A DNA stretch of 36,606 nt from a virus (lineage: Duplodnaviria; Caudoviricetes), in IMG/VR virus record IMGVR_UViG_3300030372_002131, positions 1-36,606 of that record; one strand, 5' to 3'. The translations under genes and the position numbers were made by a program. The notes under the pieces are model-generated. The model had not been told where the DNA came from and did no database searches. It saw only the letters and a program-made list of their open reading frames with translations. Every line of letters begins with the position of its first letter. Within the stretch, counting starts at the first letter, position 1. Shown piece after piece: positions 25,143-34,647 of this stretch.

Positions 25143-27545
25143 TTAGTCAGCGGTTAAGAGTTCTGTTTGAACATCTAAAAAGTTTTGGATAAAGACAGAT
25201 TCCTCGGTTTCGTCATATATACCGAGATCTGCCATTACAGCTAATTTCTTCCTATCGTCTTCTGTTAATTCTGCATCTTCATCGACTTTTAGCATAAGCT
25301 CGGTAAAGGTTTTAAATGTTTCATCAAGTGCTGCAAAGTTTTCAAAAAGACTCACCTCGTCCCACCAGAGCGCTGTATCATCAAAGTCTTGAATAAATTT
25401 AGGATTAGTAAAATCTATTCCTTTATACCCGTAGAATTTCATTAGTAATTCTAAAGCTTCGGTGTCATCTGTATCCCTAGCTTTTTTAAAATCAGTATCA
25501 ATAACTCTTCGGGTGCTTATTTCTGTTAGAGGGGTTTTACCTTCCACTACAGAAGTTGCGTATTCCCTATCTAACGCTTTGTATTTTTTGAATCTAGTAT
25601 TGTCGGCTTGCCAGTTCCCCCAACTTTGTTTTGAAAAGAAAGGTGAATCATCAGGATCATCTTCTGGTTTTAATAGAAAAGATTCTTTTTTCTCTACTCG
25701 AGAAGCTTTTATTTTTTGAGGATCTATCTCGGCATCAAAACCATCATCTCCAAATTCCTGTTCATTCCTTACTTGAATAGCTGTTGCTAAGAATCTTAAA
25801 CTTTCTGTTTCTTCTTTTATTAAAGATTTAGCTTTCTCCTGCATAAGTGTTTCTTTATTGGGAGTGTTTTCAAAAATATTCTTTTTAGCAAAGTCTTTAA
25901 GCTCTTTAATGACCCTTTGTTTAGCTTCGAATTTGTCTGCTTCTATTCTAGTTTTAAAATAAACAGGCGTAATATTGTCTGTTCCTTTAAAAACTGATTC
26001 CAAATTAGGGTCTTCTCTTACTGCGTCTATTTCTTGATCGAGCAATAAATCTAAAACAGAGTCTTCGGGTAGATATTTATTGTAAAGTTTTGATTTATTT
26101 TCTTCATTTTTTACGCCTTGTGGTGGCTCTAGCTCAGGAAATTCGCTTTGTCTCATAAAGTCTTCCGCTGTCCCGCTGTTAGTTTCAAACCATATTTTAG
26201 CCTCTTCTTGTAATTCTTTCTTAGTGGAAAGTGGTATACCCGTATAAATTTTGGGTGGTGCTTGGTTTATTTTTCTTCTCTCGTCACTTATAGTTCCTAA
26301 AGTTATATTAAGTGAGGCTCTAGTTTGTGAGTCTAGTCCCTCGATATTTATAAGTTTTGCTGTTTCTTTATCCCAACCGTCTTGTGGGTTATCATACGAC
26401 ATGATCGCGTTTGTTAAATCCTCTGGTTTTATACCTACGTCAGTTAACGCTCCCTCTCTGTTTAAAACTCTAAAGCTTTGTAAAAGATAATTATAAGCCA
26501 TTCCCCCTTCCTTTGGTGGGCTTTGACCTTTATCATTATATCCTTTAAGAATCTCAAAGAATTTCCCTGCTGTTCCTGTTACTTGTTGATTTATCTCAGA
26601 CAGTGTAAACTCGTCTTCCTCGGCTGCTGCTTGGAGTTTACTTATTTTACCTCTAGCTTCCGCCATTGCTTGACGAGTTGCCATACTACCAAGAGCGGGT
26701 TGTCCATTTATTTTTACCTTCTTAGCTTGTGATAACATCCCGAGAGCTATATCAGGATCGGTTGCCATTGCTAGATTTAAACCTTTAATAAAAGTACTAT
26801 TAATTATAGTGTTTATCTTTTCCCCCGAGTAGCCGTCCTCTTTATATAGTTTTTGCATACGGGTAAAATACCCATTTAAATTCTCATTACTCTCACCTAA
26901 AACTACACCGCTAAATTCATTTAATCTTTTCTCTTCCTCAACAGCCCTCATATAAGCCAACTGTTTCTGCTCGTATCCTTTGGTAGCTCCTGCTGTTATC
27001 CTAGTAGATAGTTCACTACCGATAAGATTCTTTACCCGAGAACCAAACGAGTTTCCCTCAAAGTATTCTCCTATTTCTCCTTCGAGTGTTTGTAATTCGT
27101 TTTGAACGTAAGCTTGTACTTGTTCAATAGGTGTTGAGCTTTGTATAAACTCATCCATCTTAGCATTAATCCTGTTCTCAACTTCTGCATATTTTTGCAC
27201 ACCTGTTGTATCAAACCATCTTTTAGCTGCTATTTGGTGAAAGGCTTTTTGAAACCCTAACTTACCTAAAGCTCCTCCTGTGGGTGCGGGTACTTTACCT
27301 TCAATAATATCGTTTATTTCTTCTGCTGAGAGTTTCTCGGCAGCATCTTTTCCCCGTTGCATGTTGATGTTACTCGTTTGTCCGAGGATGTTACTAAACT
27401 GCGAGAGGGATCTCGATAACCTCATAGCAGCGTTATCTTTAAGAACTGATTGTACTGCTACTTGATTGGTACCACCTACTGCTTGCATTGAAGGCGTAGC
27501 GGATACCTTACCGAGATTTAGATTAACTTGTTTTCTTTCTGCCAT
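25143..27545 (-). CDS. Internal virion protein, gp15-like
   Basis: 800 aa, helical, with an 'LSRSLSQFS' N-terminal pattern; assigned largely by synteny. Confidence 0.75.
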   Translation of the reverse strand: MAERKQVNLNLGKVSATPSMQAVGGTNQVAVQSVLKDNAAMRLSRSLSQFSNILGQTSNINMQRGKDAAEKLSAEEINDIIEGKVPAPTGGALGKLGFQKAFHQIAAKRWFDTTGVQKYAEVENRINAKMDEFIQSSTPIEQVQAYVQNELQTLEGEIGEYFEGNSFGSRVKNLIGSELSTRITAGATKGYEQKQLAYMRAVEEEKRLNEFSGVVLGESNENLNGYFTRMQKLYKEDGYSGEKINTIINSTFIKGLNLAMATDPDIALGMLSQAKKVKINGQPALGSMATRQAMAEARGKISKLQAAAEEDEFTLSEINQQVTGTAGKFFEILKGYNDKGQSPPKEGGMAYNYLLQSFRVLNREGALTDVGIKPEDLTNAIMSYDNPQDGWDKETAKLINIEGLDSQTRASLNITLGTISDERRKINQAPPKIYTGIPLSTKKELQEEAKIWFETNSGTAEDFMRQSEFPELEPPQGVKNEENKSKLYNKYLPEDSVLDLLLDQEIDAVREDPNLESVFKGTDNITPVYFKTRIEADKFEAKQRVIKELKDFAKKNIFENTPNKETLMQEKAKSLIKEETESLRFLATAIQVRNEQEFGDDGFDAEIDPQKIKASRVEKKESFLLKPEDDPDDSPFFSKQSWGNWQADNTRFKKYKALDREYATSVVEGKTPLTEISTRRVIDTDFKKARDTDDTEALELLMKFYGYKGIDFTNPKFIQDFDDTALWWDEVSLFENFAALDETFKTFTELMLKVDEDAELTEDDRKKLAVMADLGIYDETEESVFIQNFLDVQTELLTAD

Positions 27546-27552
27546 CTTTTTA

Positions 27553-28083
27553 TTATTCGAATAGTCCTGAGTTATATAGCACCCCGTAATTACTCAAACC
27601 TGATTGTAGTCCCTGAGTAAATGTCCCGAGGTAATCGGGCTGTGCTATCGGTTGATTGATTCTAAGCATGTTTCTACTGAACCCGAGACCCGACTCTGTT
27701 AGTGCCATCTGTCGGTTTACATCGGTCATCCGTGCTTGTTGTTGTACTGAAAATTCATATTCTGCTTGTTGTCTCGAGAGATCCCCGAGTAAAGCATCTA
27801 CACTTAAACCACTAACCCCTGCTTCTCCCGCTGCAACTGTTGCTGTTGCTCGAGCTTCCATAGCTCTCCTAGCAGACTCTTCAATGCTTTGGGATCTTCC
27901 TATCGCTTCCTGCTGCTGTTGAGATCTCATAGCAGACACCTCGGCAAGATAGCGTTGTCGTTCTTGTCTTGAAGCTATGGCTTGCGCTTGTCTTTGTGCG
28001 CTCGCTTGTTGGCTTTGTCCTATAAGAGAGGAAGCCGTTCCTGCTGCGCCTATGATTGATGATGCAATTAATGGGCTACACAT
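27553..28083 (-). CDS. Internal virion protein, gp14-like
   Basis: Starts 'MCSP', Q/A-rich, contains 'AGEAGVSGLSVDALL'. Confidence 0.88.
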   Translation of the reverse strand: MCSPLIASSIIGAAGTASSLIGQSQQASAQRQAQAIASRQERQRYLAEVSAMRSQQQQEAIGRSQSIEESARRAMEARATATVAAGEAGVSGLSVDALLGDLSRQQAEYEFSVQQQARMTDVNRQMALTESGLGFSRNMLRINQPIAQPDYLGTFTQGLQSGLSNYGVLYNSGLFE

Positions 28084-28579
28084 AATATTCGTCTACTATT
28101 TCGTGGTTGATTAAAATGAATTGATAGAAGGGTTCTCCTTTTATTGTTAGTTGTTGATTAAAGCTTGCTCCGAGCCACTCGAGCCACCTTACGGCAGGGC
28201 GATTATGACAATGAACAACATTACCTGCTGCTCCTCCTGTAATTCTTAGGAGTTCTTTTATCCAAGTCTTTGAGTGTTTTATAAGATCTCTTCGTGCGAC
28301 CTTTGGAAATTCTTTCGTCCCGAGCATCCAGATATAAGGCATCGAGTCATCCTCGCCTACACCAAACATTGCTAGGGGTTTTCTTTCTTTATCGACTACA
28401 GTCATAGTAGCCATGTCGTGTTCGAAAGCAGACAGTAAAGCATCCTTCGGGCGTTTCCCGAGAGCCATACATTCAATGTTATCGATTTCCCTGAGTTTAT
28501 CCGAGAGATACTCGGCATGGTCGGGATGTCCATCTATAACATCAATCTTATCGTAACGTACTATTGTTCGATCAAACAC
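28076..28579 (-). CDS. gp13-like protein (GNAT-fold internal virion protein A)
   Basis: 'LREID..EC', 'AMFGV', 'IWMLGT', 'N.V...N..AVRWLEWLGA.F'. Likely GTG start at 28579, overlapping the end of tail tube B. Confidence 0.85.
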   Translation of the reverse strand: MFDRTIVRYDKIDVIDGHPDHAEYLSDKLREIDNIECMALGKRPKDALLSAFEHDMATMTVVDKERKPLAMFGVGEDDSMPYIWMLGTKEFPKVARRDLIKHSKTWIKELLRITGGAAGNVVHCHNRPAVRWLEWLGASFNQQLTIKGEPFYQFILINHEIVDEYYV

Positions 28580-31337
28580 GCCTACTTCTCGAGTGGATAA
28601 AGGATTCAAATTCTGCTGACTGAAAGTTAGCGGGTAAAGCTGAGTCATTTACAAGTTTAATTGTCGTGTCTTTTGCTGATGACATTATAGGGAACGAGAA
28701 TGATCCTGATTCAATCGGGAGTGTTCCGATAGTTGTCGAGCCTACTATGTTACTGGTGAAAGTATTTGTATAAGTTTGTCGTGCCTTTGGAGTTACCTCG
28801 ACTTTAAAGGACGAGGAATCATCAAAGAATATTGTACCACCTTTAAGAACGTGTCTTTGGTATCCCGAGGGGCTTGTATTTTTGTTTGCTCGTTGCTTAA
28901 ATAATTGTTCTGAGAATGTGTAAGACATTTCATATTTAATACCTAACCAAACAGGAATGTTAATTTTGTCACTACCAACAGAAACTACGTTACCATTACG
29001 TGTTGAAGGTAACAAGGCTCCCGCTTTTGTACTCCCGTGTTCTCTCGTGTAAACTTGTATTACATCATCTGTATCAGGTGTAAATGGGAGAACTATTTCT
29101 CCTTGGTTTCCTGTTGTATAAGTGTCGTTTGTACGCATATCGAGATACGTATTAAATGTCGTATTATCATCAACAAGCTTTTCTTCCATTGGCATTTTAA
29201 GAAGTATCGTCTTTCCGTTCTTAGCTGCTACAATGTAAAGATCACTATCTACAAATTCTATTCCTCGTATCTTGAAGGGGAATGTAAATTTACTCCAACT
29301 AGATAATACCTTTTGGTTACCTTCCCAATAGTACTTATAGACATACATGTTCTTAGTCTCGTCAGCCGTCTTGTTACTAACGAGGCATATTAAATTCTCT
29401 GTAGTTGATCCCGCTATATCGAGGACATTTGATGGGATGTATTGCGGTACGTGTGAAGTTACCTCACCAGAATCATAATTGTCTGTACTAGCGTTAACCG
29501 AAAATTCTCGGATGCCTGTAAAGTTTCCTCGGGTGAATGGGAAGTAAAGATAACTACCGAGTTCAAGAGGTGTGGTACTCGTGTCATTTTCATAATTTGT
29601 AATAGGAGTTACCGAGACAGTTTTAGGTGTCAACAGGTCTCCGCCTTTTAATACAAATTGCCCTCGTTCTCCAAATAGTACTAAGTTTTCTTGAAAGCCT
29701 ACAGCACTTGAAAGATTTGTTACTCGTTTAGATGCTACGTTTATATCTATCGGATCTGAATCGAGAAGGGATCTTACAGTAGTTCGGAAGAAGTTAAAGT
29801 ATTCCCCTGCTTCTGACATTATCACGCTACCTTCCGAGAGTAACCCGAGTCTGTTTTTGTAGAAGAAGATGTTAGAGATTTTTCTATCCCCTGCATCTCC
29901 TGTTCCGTTAAAGAAAGAAGGAAACGGATTTGTTTCTGAGTCTCCTACTTGTTTAGTGTTCCAAGTACTAGCCGAGAAACTAAAGGTACTGACACCTGTA
30001 TTTACGAGTTTGTAAGGAAGTGTCCCACTATCTAAAATTATGTGCTCATCAAATCCTACGTCTTCTATCCAACCCCCATTTGATATAGCGGAAGCTCCCG
30101 AGTCAGTTTCAAACTTTACATAAAAATCATCTTCATTATCTTCGGCACTTCCTCGGACTTTAACTTTGAAATTGTTTGGTGCTATTGTTGGAAGATCAGA
30201 AATTGAATCTACTTCTTTGTAGACAACCCCGAGGGCTGATCCTGATTTACTATCGAAAGCTGATATCTCAAACTCTACATTGTCAGAAGAAGATATCTCG
30301 AAGACGTATTGTTGGTAATTAGATTTCGTTGTGTCTGCTGCTAGTGAAAAATCAGTAGCGGAAGTATGTTTAGCGTTATAATCCCCCTCGGCTTGTGCGC
30401 TTACTGCGGTTACTTCTCCTACCGTGAGGTGAGTGTTTTTAAAACCATCGTAATCATAAAGAAATCCCCCCGAGGATTGTGTTCTTGCGCCAAAACTCCT
30501 TAAAGCTCTGGCTATAGAATCTCGTAAACTTTTCGCTATAATACCTGTACTAATACCTTGTGTGGTCTCTCCCGAAGATTGGTCATTTGTTTTAAAAGAA
30601 GCATTAAATTCGTGCTTAGAAGAGCTTAAAGTTCCACTAGCAAAATGCGTAGATTCATTAAGTGCATTACCGTTTAAAGCAAGCTCGTAACCTATTTGAC
30701 CACTTGAGGTAACTTGCGTAGCCGTAACCCCGTTATTTAAAGTACCACTCGTGTAATACCTAGCCTTAATCTTTATGTTATACTCGGTTGAGTAGTCTCC
30801 CTTCTTAATAAATACGAGGGCTTTATTGGTTGTAGACGAGGAAGTTATAGCGGGGCTTTTGTAGGTTGAACCAATCCTAGAAACGGACTTGCTTGTATTC
30901 AGAATAAAAGTTGTATCACCAACCGTAAGGGCTTTAAGAACGTCTTTAGGTTTAGCAGCGTTCGATCCCGTTTTGGGTACGAAAAGATAATTATTTGTTG
31001 CTGTTATCTCTGTGCTAAAAACAGGGGATGGGTTAGTATCTAAAATGTTATAAACCTTGATGGTTGTTTTCTCGGGGGATGTATTAGAAGTATTTTCTAT
31101 AATAAGAACATACTTTTCATTCTTATCTCTATTTATATAATGAACAAAAGCTCCATCATCTAGTTCACTGTCTATTAAGTTTTTAATATAACGAGTGTTC
31201 GGGCGTTTCTTTAAGCCATCAGATACAGAAGATAAAGCGTTAATCTGCTCCTCGCATTGTCCGTCAAATCTTAATGTAGCGGGTTGCTGACTGACTCCTT
31301 GAACGAGATTAGGAAGAGAAGTGTTTATTAATGGCAT
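28572..31337 (-). CDS. Tail tubular protein B (gp12-like)
   Basis: 'NLVQGVSQQP', 'GLKKRP', 'GDSETNPFPSF', 'FYKNRLG', 'DSDPID', 'SWSKFTF'. Confidence 0.95.
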   Translation of the reverse strand: MPLINTSLPNLVQGVSQQPATLRFDGQCEEQINALSSVSDGLKKRPNTRYIKNLIDSELDDGAFVHYINRDKNEKYVLIIENTSNTSPEKTTIKVYNILDTNPSPVFSTEITATNNYLFVPKTGSNAAKPKDVLKALTVGDTTFILNTSKSVSRIGSTYKSPAITSSSTTNKALVFIKKGDYSTEYNIKIKARYYTSGTLNNGVTATQVTSSGQIGYELALNGNALNESTHFASGTLSSSKHEFNASFKTNDQSSGETTQGISTGIIAKSLRDSIARALRSFGARTQSSGGFLYDYDGFKNTHLTVGEVTAVSAQAEGDYNAKHTSATDFSLAADTTKSNYQQYVFEISSSDNVEFEISAFDSKSGSALGVVYKEVDSISDLPTIAPNNFKVKVRGSAEDNEDDFYVKFETDSGASAISNGGWIEDVGFDEHIILDSGTLPYKLVNTGVSTFSFSASTWNTKQVGDSETNPFPSFFNGTGDAGDRKISNIFFYKNRLGLLSEGSVIMSEAGEYFNFFRTTVRSLLDSDPIDINVASKRVTNLSSAVGFQENLVLFGERGQFVLKGGDLLTPKTVSVTPITNYENDTSTTPLELGSYLYFPFTRGNFTGIREFSVNASTDNYDSGEVTSHVPQYIPSNVLDIAGSTTENLICLVSNKTADETKNMYVYKYYWEGNQKVLSSWSKFTFPFKIRGIEFVDSDLYIVAAKNGKTILLKMPMEEKLVDDNTTFNTYLDMRTNDTYTTGNQGEIVLPFTPDTDDVIQVYTREHGSTKAGALLPSTRNGNVVSVGSDKINIPVWLGIKYEMSYTFSEQLFKQRANKNTSPSGYQRHVLKGGTIFFDDSSSFKVEVTPKARQTYTNTFTSNIVGSTTIGTLPIESGSFSFPIMSSAKDTTIKLVNDSALPANFQSAEFESFIHSRSRRV

Positions 31338-31936
31338 TAGTAAGGATTATAGTTTCTGTTGATGCCTATCCTGCGAGCGACATCGAAATTATCAAATATA
31401 GTTCTATCGGAATTGTTGTTGTCCGAGTTCTCTAGGTTTGCTTTTGCTGCAAACTCATCGCGTATAATAAGAGCTTCAAGTTCCCTCGATCCTACAAGGC
31501 GTGATTGAAGGGATCGGGCAGCCCTAAGTGTTATGTATCTCCGTGCTTGCTCGGGTAAATTATCCCAAACGAGGTATTTCACGACAGTTACCTCGATAGC
31601 ATCCGTGAATACATAGGTGTTGTTTTTTCTATCAAATAAGGAACGCCCTCTTTGTACGAGGTCAACATCTTCGGAACCATCGTGGTCAACTTGAAGGATG
31701 TCTTCGTCCAGTGTTATTTTTCCATCGGCTGCACTACCTATTAAAGATATTTCTGTTTCGGTGTTAAAGTGCCATCCCTCGCTTTGAACTTCTCTTGATG
31801 TTTCTTCGAGGATTGTAACTGCGTTTGCTGCCGAGACAGGAAGCTCCGAGGTATCGCTAATGCTGTTTACAGGGGCTTCCCCGATGTACCCTAGCATAAC
31901 ATTACAAGCTTCTAGTTGTGTTGTAAGTGTAGCCAT
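31337..31936 (-). CDS. Tail tubular protein A (gp11-like)
   Basis: 'LEACN.ML..IGEAPV', 'VQSEGWHFNTE', 'LPEQARRYI..RAAR'. Confidence 0.95.
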   Translation of the reverse strand: MATLTTQLEACNVMLGYIGEAPVNSISDTSELPVSAANAVTILEETSREVQSEGWHFNTETEISLIGSAADGKITLDEDILQVDHDGSEDVDLVQRGRSLFDRKNNTYVFTDAIEVTVVKYLVWDNLPEQARRYITLRAARSLQSRLVGSRELEALIIRDEFAAKANLENSDNNNSDRTIFDNFDVARRIGINRNYNPY

Positions 31937-31961
31937 AAAAATTCTATAAAAATGTTTAATG

Positions 31962-32005
31962 AAAAAAGAAAAAGGGCGAGGGAACCTTTATTGATTCCCC
32001 CACCC
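31962..32005 (-). terminator. Terminator after the major capsid gene (T-phi-like)
   Basis: GGGUGGGGGAAUC-AAUAAA-GGUUCCCUCGCCC followed by UUUUUCUUUUUU. Confidence 0.88.
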
Positions 32006-32044
32006 AATCTCTCGTGATGTTTCGTTGTTTGCTAACTTTTTAAA

Positions 32045-33109
32045 TTAAGCAACAACCTTAACGCATGCACCTTGTCTGAGCCAGTTGTGACCCATTGCAT
32101 ACTTAGCGACTAGGATAGTACCTTGTCTTTGGATATTGTAATCTGACTCTGTAGCGATATCGAGCAACTTCACAGTTCCAACGGCCTGTTTGTGGCCACC
32201 TACAAAACGAAGACCACTAAGGTCAGCGTTGTAACCATTACCTGCGCTTGAACCTGCTGCTTCATCGAACGGATTGTTCTTAGCGGCATCGTCACCATCA
32301 TCGGCTCCTGCGTATGATCCTGCTGTAGAATTTACAGCGATATCTCTAACGTGGTTTGACTTGAAGATTTTGATCCCCGCAACCATCGGTACGTTACCTT
32401 CAGCGATAGAACCTACACCACCAAAGTCTTTGTTAAGAGCGATGTTGCCTGTAGTATCACTAATAAGTAAGTAGTAAAGCTCTGGCGGTAGAATAGCAAA
32501 ACGATCCCCATCATCAGGAATATCATTTTCATCTAACTTCTGAGCCATTTCTATAATAGCGTCAACTACTTTAGCACCTGTGGCATTAGTATATGCCCCA
32601 CTGCTTACAGCAATATTCGAAGATATTGAAATACCCGCAGGTTGATCTGTAGCTGCTGCTGCTTGTGCGCCCGCAACTAATGTCTTCATTACCGCAAGGT
32701 CAAATCTCTTAGCGAGTGCCTTACCGAGTTCTTTTGAGTAAATACTTCTTAGATCGAAGTGATTACGCAAACTGTCAATGTCAGCGATGAAGGTTGAGCT
32801 AACAAGAAGATCATCAACTGTGATGACTCTCTCGCTGTGCTTAATCTTACTTAGGTGATCCGCACCGTCTAGGATGTCTTCACCAGCTGTTAAGTAAGAT
32901 GCGCTTGCAATTCCTGTTACTGGAAAAGATGCACTCTTACCCTCGCTTATTGTTCTTACTGTGTGAAGGTCACGCATGACGTTCGCTTCTTCGAATGCAG
33001 TTAGTACTTCCCCAGAGAATACTTGGAGAAACAAAGCATCTTGATCCGCTGCTTGTGTACTGTTATTTGGGTTACCTGCTCTTGGTATATTTGCGCCTAT
33101 ATTAGACAT
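32045..33109 (-). CDS. Major capsid protein (gp10-like)
   Basis: 'ALFLQVFSGEVLTAF', 'RTISEGKSASFP', 'ITVDDLL', 'YSKELGKALA', 'KYAMGH..LR'. Confidence 0.97.
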   Translation of the reverse strand: MSNIGANIPRAGNPNNSTQAADQDALFLQVFSGEVLTAFEEANVMRDLHTVRTISEGKSASFPVTGIASASYLTAGEDILDGADHLSKIKHSERVITVDDLLVSSTFIADIDSLRNHFDLRSIYSKELGKALAKRFDLAVMKTLVAGAQAAAATDQPAGISISSNIAVSSGAYTNATGAKVVDAIIEMAQKLDENDIPDDGDRFAILPPELYYLLISDTTGNIALNKDFGGVGSIAEGNVPMVAGIKIFKSNHVRDIAVNSTAGSYAGADDGDDAAKNNPFDEAAGSSAGNGYNADLSGLRFVGGHKQAVGTVKLLDIATESDYNIQRQGTILVAKYAMGHNWLRQGACVKVVA

Positions 33110-33213
33110 AATATTATTTACCTTTCTTTATTTATTTTGTGTTTGTTGTTTTATTTCTTCTAAACAACGCACTCTAATAAACTAAAAAGACCTATTGATT
33201 TGTTCTTGTTGTT

Positions 33214-33237
33214 GATTGTCCCTCGCAAGGGGTCGCA
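33214..33237 (-). promoter_or_regulatory. Hairpin motif in the capsid leader (GCGAC-CCCU-UGCG-AGGG-ACAAUC)
   Basis: GC-rich UNCG-type hairpin within an otherwise A-rich 5' UTR. Confidence 0.5.
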
Positions 33238-33294
33238 CTCGTAACAACCTTTCGGTTAATTAGTGTTCTTTTTGTGTGTTGAAATCTTTATATA

Positions 33295-33486
33295 TTACTT
33301 ATGCTCGAGTTCATTCACGTACTTCAGGATCTCTCCTATTGTTTCCTTTTCTTGTACGGTGAACGAATGGACTCTCAGTTTCGAGAGAAAATGGGGAATC
33401 TTGCTCTGTGGTGTCCTCGTCACGCAGCCACTCATCAATGAGATCAATGTTGCGATCACGATTACGCTTAATAGCTTCCCTTTCAT
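33295..33486 (-). CDS. Putative o-spanin-like lipoprotein (overlapping frame)
   Basis: Signal peptide plus lipobox-like Cys: MKGKLLSVIVIATLISLMSG|C; overlaps 33311-33562 in another frame. Confidence 0.6.
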   Translation of the reverse strand: MKGKLLSVIVIATLISLMSGCVTRTPQSKIPHFLSKLRVHSFTVQEKETIGEILKYVNELEHK

Positions 33487-33562
33487 AAGCTTCTACAACT
33501 TTAAAAAAGTACTCGCAAATTTTCGGAAAGTTTATCAGAAAAGTTACAAGTAGTTTTATCAT
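33311..33562 (-). CDS. Putative i-spanin-like membrane protein
   Basis: Hydrophobic N-terminus followed by a charged helical segment; the lipoprotein ORF overlaps its 3' part. Confidence 0.5.
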   Translation of the reverse strand: MIKLLVTFLINFPKICEYFFKVVEAYEREAIKRNRDRNIDLIDEWLRDEDTTEQDSPFSLETESPFVHRTRKGNNRRDPEVRE

Positions 33563-33574
33563 TGTGTTTTGTGG

Positions 33575-33757
33575 TTAGCTTTTTGGTTTTGCTTTGCCAA
33601 TGTTTAAAGCAAGCCAGTTAATTGTTTTTAATAGAATACCTGTTATCTTGTTGTCCGTCTTGTTAGGTGTCAAAGCACTAACGAGGGACGCTAAAGTAAC
33701 TGTTGCGGTTGCTATCGTAATTAGCTGTTCCTTATTTTCGATTATATAATTAATCAT
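33575..33757 (-). CDS. Small membrane protein, holin-like
   Basis: 'IATATVTLASLVSALTP.KTDNK....L...INWLALN.GKA' matches a small phage holin-like pattern. Confidence 0.65.
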   Translation of the reverse strand: MINYIIENKEQLITIATATVTLASLVSALTPNKTDNKITGILLKTINWLALNIGKAKPKS

Positions 33758-33776
33758 GTTTTCCTTTTTGTTGTTG

Positions 33777-34616
33777 TTATAAATTAGATATGGAAATTCT
33801 TTGTTCTACCTCTCTACGAAACGAGGGATCTTGCTGATACCTCTTGTCTTTCATAGCTGTAGTGACTTGTGCCATCGAACCAAAAGGCTGAATAGTAGAT
33901 CCTGAAGTGGCTCCCTTTGCAATATTCACGGACGATCCCCCGTCTTCGCTCATATATCTCGCGTATAAGCCCTTAACTGCCATCTTTTTCGCCTCTTGTG
34001 ACCCATAATCAGCTATTTCATTAAAGGCTTCCACTTCATCTTTCGCTAGAGAGTCACTCGCCCACTCGATCATGGACGCATAATTATCTTTTCCTCCAAC
34101 CGTATTTTGTATCTCTGTTTCCCGAGCAGTATTAGAAGCTCTTTTGCCTTCCATGTAATCATCGGCAATCTCTCGGCTGATGCCCGCCTTTTCTAAATCT
34201 TCGTAGTTCTTATCGGTTAACTCTCCGCTTTCATAAAAAGCTTCCGAGGCTTGTTGGATAGCATCCGAGACAAGCTCAGTTGTTGGTTGATTACTATCAT
34301 CCGCTTTCTCCTCGGTCGATTCCTCGGGAGTATCCGTGTTTTGTTCTCCCTGTTTCTTTTCAAGATTTTCGTATGCTTTTGCAAGATCCTCTGGTGATTT
34401 AAATTTCTCGGGCAACCATTCAGGTCTTTCCTCGATAACCTCTTCTTCTTCTTCTTCTGTAGTAGTAGTAGATTCCTCGGGAGTTTCCTCGGGAGCTTTC
34501 TCTTCTTCAGTAGTGTTTTTATTTTCTCGGGCTTTCTCTTGCATTTCAAGTTCTTCCTCGAGAGTTGGGTTTACTAGTTCATCAGCCGTTGGCTCATTTA
34601 CTTCTACACGTTGCAT
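33777..34616 (-). CDS. Capsid scaffolding protein (gp9-like)
   Basis: Acidic; 'RPEWLPEKF.SPEDLAKAY..LEKK', 'VGG..NY..M.EWA', 'AM.D.RY..DP.FR..VE'. Confidence 0.93.
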   Translation of the reverse strand: MQRVEVNEPTADELVNPTLEEELEMQEKARENKNTTEEEKAPEETPEESTTTTEEEEEEVIEERPEWLPEKFKSPEDLAKAYENLEKKQGEQNTDTPEESTEEKADDSNQPTTELVSDAIQQASEAFYESGELTDKNYEDLEKAGISREIADDYMEGKRASNTARETEIQNTVGGKDNYASMIEWASDSLAKDEVEAFNEIADYGSQEAKKMAVKGLYARYMSEDGGSSVNIAKGATSGSTIQPFGSMAQVTTAMKDKRYQQDPSFRREVEQRISISNL

Positions 34617-34647
34617 ATTTTATATTACCTCCAATATTAGTTTATGT

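Noticed and set aside
32030-32080. T7 10B-like capsid frameshift extension
   Set aside because: No clear slippery site before the stop, and a terminator follows within about 40 nt.
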